From positions 6,311,514 through 6,374,864 of the forward strand of contig NC_057750.1 of the NCBI RefSeq assembly GCF_004010195.1: a stretch of DNA of 63,351 nt. The letters run 5' to 3'. This DNA comes from Chiloscyllium plagiosum. Its lineage: Eukaryota. Below are positions 48,803-60,518 of this stretch, piece after piece (positions within the stretch are counted from its first letter, which is position 1; each line of letters begins with the position of its first letter). The position numbers were made by a program, and so were the translations under genes. A model generated the notes under the pieces. That model had not been told where the DNA came from and did not search any database. It was given only the letters and a program-made list of their open reading frames with translations.

Positions 48803-49299
48803 CAAAGTAGGCCGGAGGAGCAGAAGTAGACCATTCGGCCCATCAAGTCTGTTCAGCCATTCAATGAGATCATGGTAATCCTCAACTCCATTTTCCTGCC
48901 TTTTCCCACGTAACCCTCGGTTCCCTTCCTCATTAAAACTCTCACCCAGCCTTGAACATTCTTAATGTCCCAGCTTCAGCAGCCTTAAAGACTTGCAAAG
49001 ATTGACTCCTCTCGGGGAGAAGATATTCCTCCCCGTCTCTGTCTTCAATGGGTGACCCCTTACTCTGAGATGGTGTCCCTCTGGGCCTAGACTCTCCCAC
49101 ACAAGGGGAAACACCCTCTCCACATCTCCCCCTGTCAAGCCCCCTCAGAATCTTAGACATTTCATTAAGTACATCTCATTCTCCTAAACTCCAACAAGTA
49201 CAGGCCCAATAGACTCAACCTCTCCTTCCAAGATAGTCCCTGCATCTCCAGGTTCAGCTGAGTGAACCTTCTCTGGACTGTCTCTGATGCCTCTCTATT

Positions 49300-49615
49300 C
49301 GGGGTGGCACAGTGGCTCAGTGGTTAACACTGCTGCATCACAGTGCCAGGGACGTGGGTTCAATTCCCACCTCGGGTGACTGTGTGGAGTTTGCATGTTC
49401 TCTCCCCATGTCTGCGTGGGTTTCCTCCGGGTGCTCCGGTTTCCTCCCACAGTCCAAAGATGTGCAGGTCAGGTGAATTGGCTGTGCTAATTTGCCCATA
49501 GTGTTAGGTGCATTAGTCAGGGGTAAATATAGGGGAATGGGTCTGGGTGGGTTATTCTTCAGAGGGTCAGTGTGGGCTGAAGGGCCTGTTTCCATACCTT
49601 AGGGAATCTAATCTC
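49300..49615 (+). mobile_element. HE1-type SINE
   Basis: GGGGTGGCACAGTGGCTCAGTGGTTAACAC...GGGAATCTAATCT. Confidence 0.85.
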
Positions 49616-50279
49616 ATCTGTCCTTAGTTAAGGGGCCCAAAACTGTTCCAACAATGATTACCACAAAAGCCATCTGCTTCGCTAATATCCTTTACGGGAG
49701 GAAAATCTTTTTTATACGTTCATGGAATGTGGGTGTCACTGGCTGGATCAGCATTTATTGCCCATCCCTAATTGCCCCAGAGGATAGTTAAGAGTCAACC
49801 CCAGTGTTGTAGGTCTAGAGTTAGGTGTAGGCCCAGACCAGGTAAGGATGGCAGTTTCCTTCCCTAAAGGACATTAGAGAATCAGATGGGCTTTTCCTGA
49901 CAATAGTTTAGACTCTTAATTCCAGATTACTTTATTTAATCCAAATTCCACCATCTCCCGTGGTGGGATTTGAACTCAGCTCCTCAGAACATCGATTTCT
50001 GGATTTAATAATCCAGCGACAAAAACATTGAAAGACCTTGAAATCGGCCGTCCTTACCCGCTCTGGCCCTACACGTGACTCCAGACCCACATCGATATGG
50101 GTGACTCTTCAATGCCCTCTGAAACGGCCGAGTGAGACACTCAGTTCGAGGGGGGCAACGAGAGAGAGGCAACAAAGGCTGGAATTGGTGATGATGCCCA
50201 CATCCCCAGGAAACAAATAGCCCAATAAAACCAAAACGTGTTGTTGGATCGGAGCAGAGCCAGGCAGAACCTCAGAGAA

Positions 50280-51160
50280 TATGAGTTCCCTGATCGGGGC
50301 TGTTAACCTGGTCCAATCAGGGCGCCCTGGCTGACAGATAAGAAACAGGAGTGTAATTTGAATAAAGATTCGTGCACCTTGTGTCTCTCACTGTGTCTCA
50401 CACCTGCGCACACACACCATGGGTGCTGGGGATAAAATAAGCACTACCGCACTTAGGTGGTAGTGTAAAAGATAAAATAAAAAACCAGGAGAAAGGGCAG
50501 TGTTTGTCACTGAAAGAAAATAAATGGGACATTAGGTGGGTAGGGGCGGGCTGCCTTAGAGTGGTCGGAAGGTGGGAGGGGCGGGGGCTTGCTGGGTCTG
50601 TATTGTCTGCACTTTTGTAAAAAAGATAAACAGGAGATCTCCCCCTTCACTGTTTTGATCACACAGCACTGCCCTTTGATGTGAAGGGCAGTAAAAGAAA
50701 AAAAAAAGAAAGAAAAAGAAACAGGAGTGTAATTTGAATAAAGATTCGTGCACCTTGTGTCTCTCACTGTGTCTCACACCTGCACACACACACCATGGGG
50801 GCTGGGGAAAAATAAGCACTACCGCAGTTAGACAGTGTCTTTTTCCATTTTTTCCCCACACTACCACCTGACAGGGGTAGTGTTTATTTTTCCCCAGCCC
50901 CCATGTCGTGTGTGTGCAGGTGTCGGACACAGTGAAGAACAACAAGGGTGTAAATCTTTATTTATATTCCACCACCAGGAAGAGAGGAAACACCCGCGTG
51001 GCCAGTGACAAGCAGGGCCCTTCTCAGAGGGCAGTGCTGTGTGATCCAAGAAAAATTAAACAGAACAAGATAAAAGGGGGTGTCAGAGATTCTGCTCACT
51101 CTGAGTTCTGGCTCTGAGGGAGCTGGGTCAGTGTCAGGGACTCTCCCTGTGTGTCATTGA
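50280..51160 (+). mobile_element. LTR-like element interrupted by a composite hairpin-bearing insertion (about 50355-51075)
   Basis: GAGTTCCCTGAT.GGGGCTGT.AACCTGGTCC.ATCAGGG.GCCCTGGCTGACAGATA..AAACAGGAG resumes at GTCAGAGA near 51082; uninterrupted related copy at 63115. Confidence 0.6.
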
Positions 51161-51881
51161 CTCTGACCCGGCTGCCCACATCCAGTGTGGACTGATGCTG
51201 TTGGTTTCTTTTTTATGTGGGGAACTTGATTCCTGAACTGGCTGAATTATATAGTTGGTTTGTTAACTGGGATTCCTTTTCAATTGAGGACAGATTTCTA
51301 AACTGCCTGATTTACACAGTCAATGTGTTCCAGGTGTAATTCAGCTCTCATCAGGGAACTGTTGTTTCACTGGCTGGTTACAGCCTGTGTGTTACTGATT
51401 TCTCTTTTACTTTGAGAAAAGGACTATCAGAAAATAAACAAGAGGGTCAAGGGGTTCAGCTCACTCTGGGAGCTGGGTCAGAGTTGAAGAGCGTGGTGCT
51501 GGAAAAGCACAGTGAATCAGGCAGCATCCGAGGAGCAGGAGAGTCAACGTTTCGAACATAAGCCCTTCATCCTGAAACGTCGATTCTCCTGCTCCTCGGA
51601 TGCTGCCTGACCGGCTGTGCTTTCCCAGGACCACACTCCTCTCGGCTCCAATCGCCAACATCCGTAGTGGTCACTTTCTCCCAGGAGCTGGGTCAGTGGC
51701 AGGAACTCTCCACGTGGAATTGCTTCTCTATAATTGACATTGGCCACGCTCAAAGTCAGGGGGTGGTCTTGGAGGTGAGAGGGGAGTGTGACGGTCATGA
51801 AGATTGACAGAGGAGCTTAGTGTTGGATCAGAATCCGTGCTGGATGTCTCTGCCTTCCCCCAACAACCAGAGCTTAACAAA

Positions 51882-52042
51882 GTTAAAAATCACACAACGC
51901 CAGGTTATAGTCCAACAGATTTATTTGGAAGCACTAGCTTTCGGAACACTGCTCCTTCATTAGATAGCTGCGCTCCGAAAGCTAGTGCTTCCAATTAAAC
52001 CTGTTGGACTATAACCTGGCGTTGTGTGAGTCTTAACTTTGC
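51882..52042. mobile_element. collapsed fold-back Penelope-derived element (a similar ACGU-family one lies at about 51490-51640)
   Basis: Inverted arms meeting within the hammerhead region. Confidence 0.75.
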
Positions 52043-54171
52043 ACAGCCCAGCTCCTCCACATCAGAGAATTTAACAAAACACGCACACACAGAGTTAACT
52101 TCAAGTACTCATTTATATACATACAACCCATGTTCATATCTAGAGCCTTGGAGATCTAATAACTTAACACTTTTTTAAAAACTCTGGGAAGTCAACCAGT
52201 GTTTTCTACAGAATAATAGTTACAAGCAAGGGGGGTTTTTACCGTGTGGCGTGTTTTGTACAGGAGTTATTTATACAGTTCAGCATCACCGTCCAAATCG
52301 GATTCCCAGTCAGGGTCACGACCCAGGAACAAGGTGGGGGATGGGGATAATGTCCGAGCAATACCTGATTCTCGTTCTCGAGGGCGAGGAAGGGGGTGAG
52401 TGTAGGGGAGGAAGGGGAGGCTGGGCTCCCAATCTGATGCATTGAAGACAGTGACTGTGAGGCGGAAAGGTAAAGGGCAGGTCAGCGTCTGTAACGGGTT
52501 CGCCAAACCCAACCAGGATTGTCCAGAAGCCTCAGGCAATTTGAGATTAAAGTTTCCAGGACGCTGTGGGAAGTGGATAAGAAACACTGACTGGAGGGGG
52601 TGGGGGCAGAGGGTTAGGGCAGGAAGGCGGAGTCACTCGCCAAACAAAACGCCAGGAGTCGGGCGTCTGGGTAAGGATGGACATCAGGCGATGAGACCTC
52701 CAGGAATGACCTTGCACCAGATTCGGTCACTCAGATGCACCCGGCGTCACCGAGAGGATGCTGTGCCATAGTGAGCTGGTTTAGGATGGAGCCTTTCCCT
52801 CACCGCGGTCAGCCAGGAGCCGGGAGTGGGCCATTCGGCCCTGCCCCGTCGTTCTATACGACTGTCCAATTCAGTTCCCTGTTCCTGCGTCTCGCCCCAT
52901 TCTCTTTAGCCCTGAGAACTATATCAACGTCGTGGCCTCACAGGCACCTCCACTCTCAGGGTGAAGATGTTCTTCCTCATCTCAGTCCTATCCCGTATCC
53001 TCAAACCGTCAACCCCCCCCCCCCCCCCCCCCGGTTCTGGACTCCCCAGTCATCGGGAACGCCCTTTTACCCTGTCCAATCCCTGTTCGGATTTTATCAG
53101 TTTCTGGGAGGCTCCCCTCCCCCTCCCATTCTTCTAACTCCCAGTGAGGAGAGTCCTAGCCGACTCAGTCTCTCTCTGTCTCCAAACAGCAGTCCTGCTA
53201 TCCCAGGACTCAGAATGGTCTCCTCAGGTGCCCTTTCACGATGCGTCTCAAACACCCTGCTCCCAACGCTCAGTGAAGGATGTGGCCAATCCACTCTCTC
53301 TTTTTGCATCGGTCTTGCCATCCCGGGATTCAGAACACCCGACCAGTACGGAGCTAAGTCTCAGGTACTGGGGTTGGGTGGGGAGTGGAACAGGAGGGCT
53401 GGTCGAGGCTTTGCTGGGGATTGCGTGTATGATAAAGTGAGGGAAAACCTGGACCCCAACTACCCTTGCCCGCTTCGCTTGGACCGCCCCTTCACTCAGC
53501 TGCCTGCTGCGATGCCCTTCCAAGTTCAATAGTCCAGTCTCAGCATGGGTAGCGTTGCTGTTTTTGGCGGGAGGGGGAAGAGGTAGAGGGGGAAGGATGG
53601 GGGTAACACTTAATCTCGTCCCCCCCCCCTCACCAGTCAGTATGGCTACCAAAGGTCAGAGGTCACAGTTACAGTTTAAAAAAAGGTAACCCTTGCTCCT
53701 TGACCCCAGGCCTGGAAAGGTCCCAGGTTAATCTCACCATCCGCGATTCCTTTCTGTTGGAGAGTGACGTGAGTTGGACAGAAGCAAACCGGGCTCCGTC
53801 GCCATGGATACTGGGCCCTTGATGACACGCTGAGCAATGGAGCCAACACCCAACAGCCTCAGAAACCCTCGGGCGAGGTGGGAATGGTTGGGAGATCCAG
53901 GAGAAGGTGATACATCGCAGATTGTTACGGATTGCGGTTCAGGCTAACAGGGCGACTGAACACGGAAGGATAGAGATGAACCCAGTTTCCTGCATTCGGG
54001 GGGTGGAGGGGTCGAGGCGGAGTTCGTGCATCAGAGATCACAACCAGAACTCAGGCCGAAGCAATTCTGAAACAGAACTCAGATACACTCAGGTGGCCTC
54101 ATACTGAGCTTCCAGGGGGACAGCACTTCACACCAGCTTCTGTCCAACACAGCTGACTAACCCATAACATG

Positions 54172-54462
54172 CCCATCAGTGAGGTCTCCTTGTGAACACA
54201 GGCCCAAAAATGAGGCCTCCTTGTGAACACACGCCCAGCAGTGAGGTCCACTCGTGAACACTCGCGCCCATCAGTGAAGTCCACTCGTGAACACACACAC
54301 CCAGTGAGATCCACTCGTGAACACACACCCAGTGAGGTCCACTTGTGAACACACACGCCCATCAGTGAGACCTGCTCGTGAACACACGCCCATCAGTGAG
54401 GTCCACTCGTGAACACACGCCCATCAGTGAGGTCCACTCGTGAACACACGCCCATCAGTGAG
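54172..54462. repeat. 31-bp minisatellite
   Basis: CCCATCAGTGAGGTCCACTCGTGAACACACG, about 9 copies. Confidence 0.92.
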
Positions 54463-54751
54463 ATACAACTCGGAACACATGACTCAATACTGAGGTAGAC
54501 TCATGAACAGACTATCACACAATCCCGCTCTCTGGGAAGACCTTACCAAGATGGCAGTGACACTGACTGAGCCACATTATAACGGAGGGCCTTAGCTTCC
54601 TGACAGAGAGAGGCTGGTGTAGCCTATGACAGGGCGGGGCCATGTTACCAAGTGAGAGACCATTGTGAGAACTGTCAACCTCTTCCCTCGCACTCATTAA
54701 GGCTGGATGTGTTGGCAATGAAGGGACAGCATCAACTACAAGGGACCAATG

Positions 54752-55571
54752 TCATCAAACACCCCCAGGACAGGGACAGCACGGAGTTAGATACAGAGTA
54801 AAGCTCCCTCTACACTGTCCCCATCAAACACCCCCACGACAGGGACAGCACGGGGTTAGATACAGAGTAAAGCTCCCCCTACACTGTTCCCATCAAACAC
54901 TCCCAGGACAGGGACAGCACAGGGTTAGATACAGAGTAAAGCTCCCTCTACACTGTCCCCATCAAACACTCCCAGGACAGGAACAGCACGGGGTTAGATA
55001 CAGAGTAAAGCTCCCTCTACACAGTCCCCCCATCAAACACTCCCAGGACAGGGACAGCACGGGGTTAGATACAGAGTAAAGCTCCCTCTACACCGTCCCT
55101 ATCAAACACCCCCAGGACAGGGACAGCACGGGGTTAGATACAGAGTAAAGCTCCCTCTACACCGTCCCCATCAAACACTCCCAGGACAGGGACAGCACGG
55201 GGTTAGATACAGAGTAAAGCTCCCTCTACACCGTCCCTATCAAACACCCCCAGGACAGGGACAGCACGGGGTTAGATACAGAGTAAAGCTCCCTCTACGT
55301 TGTTCCCCATCAAACACCCCCAGGACAGGGACAGCACGGGGTTAGACACAAAGTAAAGCTCCCTCTACACTGTCCCCATCAAACACCCCCAGGACAGGGA
55401 CAGCACAGGGTTAGATACAGAGTAAAGCTCCCTCTACACTGCCCCCATCAAACACTGTCAGGACAGGGACAGCACGGGGTTAGATACAGAGTAAAGCTCC
55501 CTCTACACTGTCCCCATCAAACACTCCCAGTACAGGGACAGCACGGGGTTAGACACAGAGTAAAGCTCCCT
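54752..55571. repeat. 69-70-bp satellite, about 12 copies
   Basis: CCCATCAAACACTCCCAGGACAGGGACAGCACGGGGTTAGATACAGAGTAAAGCTCCCTCTACACTGTC. Confidence 0.97.
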
Positions 55572-56331
55572 GTGTTCTGGTGATGTTGACTCCTGGGCAG
55601 CTGTTGACCCCAGTCAGGATGAAACCGCAGTGGGTCCCGATAGCAGCATCGACCTACCCAGCGATCCCCTCTGCCCATCCTTTTACGAAGGGGAGAGGCA
55701 GCGCATAGGAAGATCCCGTCACCCACAAAAGCCTCAGTAGCCCCAAGGGAGGGACAGTATCTGATCCTGGCCATCGCCTTTTCCCGGGGGGAGATTCAGC
55801 AGGATACAGTTGGAAGCCGAGTTTTCCCTTTGGTCAGCGTTAACCCTCAGGAGACCAGGCACCAGTCAAACCCATTAGTCACTGGAAAAGGTTTGACCAA
55901 ATCAAAGGTGAATTGACTTCCACGTCTTGGGAATTTTGAGAGCTCGGATTGCGGTCAGGTATCTGGTCCCATCTCCGTTGCATATTGTTGTCACTCAGAG
56001 ATTTGACTGTGGCTCTGTTACTGTGTCGAGATTCCCTACAGGAGGTGGATAAGCGTGGGAAGATGACCCTTTTCCCGAACAACGTTAGGAAGGGGAATGT
56101 TGTTTTGTGTCCATTTCTCGCGGAGATTCTGTCCAGAGGGTGACCTCCGTCCCCAGCGCTCACCGTCCCAGCTCAGGACCTTCTCTGGGTGTGAGGAATC
56201 GTCAATGACAAACACCACCAGCTGTCCCCACCCAAACCCAAACCCCACACCTCCTCACCGAGGCACACACTCTCATCGTCCACTGATTGTCGGAGATTAA
56301 TTTACAGCGTGAAGGGAAGACAAGAAAGGGA

Positions 56332-56560
56332 CAGAGAGTGTGAGAGAGAGAGAGAGAGAATGACAGACAGCGAGAGAGACAGCGAGAGAGTGAGAGACAG
56401 CGAGAGAGTGAGAGACAGCGAGAGACAGACAGCGAAAGAGAGAGATAGATAGACACAGACAGCAAGAGAGATGTCAGTGAAAGAGACAGATAGACAGTGA
56501 GAGAGACAGATGTCTGAGGGAGACAGATAGAGAGTGATAAAGACACAAAAAAGATAGATG
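56332..56560. repeat. (GA)n/(GACA)n microsatellite
   Basis: Direct reading. Confidence 0.92.
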
Positions 56561-56899
56561 GATGGGGATGTGGGGGGAGGGGGTGAAAGACAGACACAGC
56601 GAGACAAACAGACACATACTGATTGGAGAACTGCAGGAGTACCTTCTCTGTATGACACAGTGTGCCATGATCATGTGAACCCTCTCTCTGTTGGCAGTGC
56701 AGGTGCAGTCTGTGGTAGTCAGGTTTGAACCATACTTTCAGGGATATACAGATGCAAACATTTGATGATGGTGGTGGGGGGGGGGGGGGGGGGCAATGGT
56801 TTGCAGAGCTTTAAGATTACCACTGAAAGCAGCAGCAAGGAAGTAATGAAGAGGAAAGTCAGCAATTTTGAATGCTGGGGTGAGTCAGAATGGCTCTGC

Positions 56900-59800
56900 A
56901 TTTTGTTCACACTCTGATGAGGTGGAAATGAAAGGAGATGCGAGACAGCAACAGAAGTGGCTTTGCTCCCAGTGTGAAAACTCTGAAATAGCTACAGTAT
57001 TAATTAAAAATCCTGCACAAATAGGCAGGGCATCCCAATCAGAGCTGGGGAGAGACTGCTGCAGGTTGTATTGATCTCAATGAAGACTTTACAGCACACT
57101 TTGACTCGCGTGTTAATGTCATTTAGGAATGGTATGTGTTCAACATCAGAACTGATGGGAAATAGAGGAATCAGTTACAATACTGACACATCCAGCTTAA
57201 TCTTGAGAGTTTGAACCAACTAAAAGATGAAGTTCATCAAGACAGGATTGTCTTGGGTGTCAAAGATCCTGTTGTGAGAGCATATCTGCTCAGAGAGGAG
57301 AATGTTACTCTCAAAAAAAGCTACTAATGCATGCAGAGGCTCTGAAATTACCCTCTACCAACCACAGCACATTTATGGGACTTCAAATTACACTGGGACA
57401 CATTCCAGGCTCAATGACAATTACAGACTGGGGAAAGGGAAGAAATATTTGCAGAAAGACAACGACAGAATCAAGGTCCTAGACATGATGTGAATATTGT
57501 GGAGGACGTAACACAAAGGAAAAAGGTAGCATATCAGGAAAGCTGTGCTCTAACTGAAAGAAGCCAAATCACTGTTCACACATGTACTAAGCATAACAAC
57601 AACTACCAAGGGATGTATCACTCAGTAGGGCACAGCATAGAGTCATAGAGATGTACAGCACGGAAACAGATCCTTTGGTTCAACTCATCCATGCCACTCA
57701 GATATCCCAACCCAATCTAGTCCCATTTGCCAGCCACTGGCCCATATCCCTCTAAACCCTTCCTATTCATATACCCATCCAGATGCCTATTAAATGCTGT
57801 AATTTTACCAGCCTCCACCACTTCCTGTGGTAGCTCATTCCATACATGCACCACCCTCTGTGTGAAAAAATGCCCCTATGTCTCTTTTATATCTTTCCCT
57901 CTCACCCTAAACCTATGCCCTCTAGTTCTGGTCTCCCCCACCCCAGGGAAAAGACCTAGGACCTTACCATTAAGTTCATAAATCCTGTTCTGATTTGCTT
58001 TCCCAAAATGCAGCACCGGGCAATTTGGCATTATCACATAGATCAGAAGAGTGTTGTAGGCTGAGGGGTGATCTTATAGCGGTTTATAAAATCATGAGGG
58101 GCATGGATAGGGTAAATAGACAAGATCTTTTCCTTGGGATGGGGGAGGTACAATTACAACATTTAAGAGGCATCTGGATGGGTATATGAATAGGAAGGGT
58201 TTGGAGGGATATGGGCCAAGGGCTGGCAAATGGGACTAGATTGGGTTGGAATATCTGGTCGGCATGGACGGGTTGGACTGAAGGGTCTACATCTCTATGA
58301 CTCTAAATATGAAACAAAGTCCACTGAGCTCTGCTAGAGCAAGGACAGATACCACCAGTGCCTCCACCACTTCCTTTGGCAGCTCATTCCATACACGTAC
58401 CGCCCTCTGCGTGATAATGTTGCCCCTTAGGTCCTTTTTAAATCTTTCCCCTCTCACCTTAAACCTATGCCCTCTAGTTCTGGACTCCCCCACCCCAGAG
58501 AAAAGACCTTGTTTATTCACCCTATCCATGCCCCTCATGATTTTATGGGCCCAGGTGCTGACAGGTGGGACTAGATCGATTAGATTCCCTACAGTATGGA
58601 AACAGGCCCTTTGGCCCAACAAGTCCATACTGACCCTCCAAAGAGTAACCCACCCAGACCCAATGCACCTAACACTATTGCGCAATTTAGCACGGCCAAT
58701 TCACCAAACCTGCTCATCTTTGGACTGTGGGAGGAAACCGGAGCACCCGGAGGAATCCCAGGTGCTGACAGGTGGGACTAGATCGATTAGATTCCCTACA
58801 GTATGGAAACAGGCCCTTTGGCCCAACAGGTCCACACTGACCCTCCAAAGAGTAACCCACCCAGACCCAATGCACTTAACACTATTGCGCAATTTAACAC
58901 GGCCAATTCACCAAACCTGCTCATCTTTGGAGGAGGGAGGAAACCGGAGCACCCGGAGGAATCCCACACAGACACATGGAGAACATGCAAACTCCACACA
59001 GACAGTCATCCGAGAGTGGGATCAAACCCGGGTCCTTGGCGCTGTGAGGCAGTTGTGCTAACCACGGAGCCACCATGCTGCCCTGTTGGGGTGTCTGGTT
59101 GGCATGGACGAGTTGGGCTGAAGAGTCTGTACATCTCTACGACTCTAAATATGAAACAAAATCCACTGAGCTCCACTGGAGCAAGGACAGATACCTCCTA
59201 AACACGCCAGACCTTTCGCAGGTCCCCAGCAAACAAATCCCTGCAGAACACAAAGATGTGTTTGCAAGTTTTGGACTCTTCCTGGTGAGTACCACGTTGA
59301 GGTGGATGAGAGAGTGGGGGCCAACTCAGTATCTGCGGAAGAAAATTCCAGCAGCTCTCACGAAAGATTGAGATAGAGGAGCTGGCAAAGGGGTGGAAAT
59401 TAATCAGCCAAGTGGCAATGCTCACGGACTGGATCAGTAACATAGCAACAGGGAAAACAACACACAGGATGGAGTATATAGAGATCCCAAGGGTCTCAAT
59501 GTTCTGAAGAAATCTCACTGCCCCATGCAACCACGGAAGATATTTTGTCACAACTCTTTTTTTTTTAAAATTCACTCATGGAGTGTGGGTGTCTCTGGCT
59601 GGGCCCAGCATTTATTGCCCCGTCCCTAGTTGCCACTTGAGAAAGTGGGGGTGAACCGCTGCAGCCTGTAGACCCACAATGCCCTTAGGGAGGGAATTCC
59701 AGGATTTTGACCCAGCGACAGTGAAGGAACAGCGATATATTTCCGAGTCAGGATGGTGAGTGGAGGGGAGCTTGCAAGGGGGTGGTTTTCCAATGTATCT

Positions 59801-60190
59801 GCTGCTCTTGTCCTTCCAGTTGGAAGCGGCTGTGGGTTTGGAAGGTGCTGTCTGAAGATCTTTGGTGAGTTGCTGCAGTGCGTCTTGTAAATGGTGCTCA
59901 CTGCTGCTACTGAGCGTCGGGGGGGTGGATGTGGTGCCAATCAAGCGGGGGCTGCTTTGTCCTGGATGGTGTTGAGCTCTTGCCACGACAAAGATATTTA
60001 CGCCAATTGATGTGATGGGTGGGTACTGGCAAGTAAAGCTGGAAGAGAGTGGCAGTTTTCAAACTAGAGTCTGGATATCATTCAGGGGAGACAGATGGTT
60101 GCACATCCCAGGCTGGCATTTCCACAGCTCTGGAGGAGTTTACACATTAATCAGCATGAGGCTGTGGTGAACTCTCCCAGAGACGCGGAG
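56900..60190 (+). mobile_element. decayed Ty3/Gypsy retrotransposon (gag and RT remnants) with nested CR1/SINE insertions
   Basis: Hand translation: QDRIVLGVKDPVVRAYLLREENVTLKKATNACRGSEIT (about 57240-57350); CEYCGG...GKLCSN*KKPNH zinc knuckle (about 57490-57575); EHKDVF...LPGEYHVEVDE...TDWISNI...DPKGLN (about 59245-59500); KIFTPIDVMGGYWQVKLEE...GISTALEEF (about 59990-60140). Confidence 0.85.
57638..59150. mobile_element. cluster of CR1/HER1 3' fragments in both orientations plus a duplicated HE1 SINE
   Basis: CR1 motifs at 57638-57960(-), 58045-58305(+), 58360-58545(-); SINE at 58575-59082(-). Confidence 0.85.
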
Positions 60191-60199
60191 ACCTATTGG

Positions 60200-60518
60200 A
60201 AGATTAGATTCCTTACAGTGTGGAAACAGGCCCTTTGGCCTAACAAGTCCACACAGACCCTCTGAAGAGCAACCCACCCATACCCATTCCCATTCCCCTA
60301 CATTTACCTGTTCACCTAACACTACGGGCAATTTAGCATGGCCAATTCACCTGACCTGCACATTTTTGGACTGTGGGAGGAAACCGGAGCACCCGGAGGA
60401 AACCCACGCAGACACAGGGAGAATGTGCAAACTCCACACAGACAGTTGCCGGAGGAGGGAATTGAACCCGGATCTCTGGCGCTGTGAGGCAGCAGTGCTA
60501 ACCACTGTGCCACCGTGC
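60200..60518 (-). mobile_element. HE1-type SINE
   Basis: Head, core and AATCT tail. Confidence 0.88.

Noticed and set aside
52735..53532. 265-aa plus-strand ORF
   Set aside because: Largely antisense CR1 remnants and a poly-C tract; no recognisable domain
53738..54066. Minus-strand exon-like segment (TTTCAG acceptor, GTGAGA donor)
   Set aside because: Stops in all three frames within about 36 nt and no recognisable peptide; at most non-coding or terminal
54752..55571. CRISPR-like regular array
   Set aside because: Head-to-tail near-identical units with no unique spacers, in a eukaryotic context
56163..56222. Minus-strand mini-exon candidate LVVFVIDDSSHPEKVLSWD
   Set aside because: Acceptor lacks a polypyrimidine tract and I do not recognise the peptide
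58297..59061. 254-aa ORF with internal repeat
   Set aside because: Antisense CR1 plus a duplicated SINE
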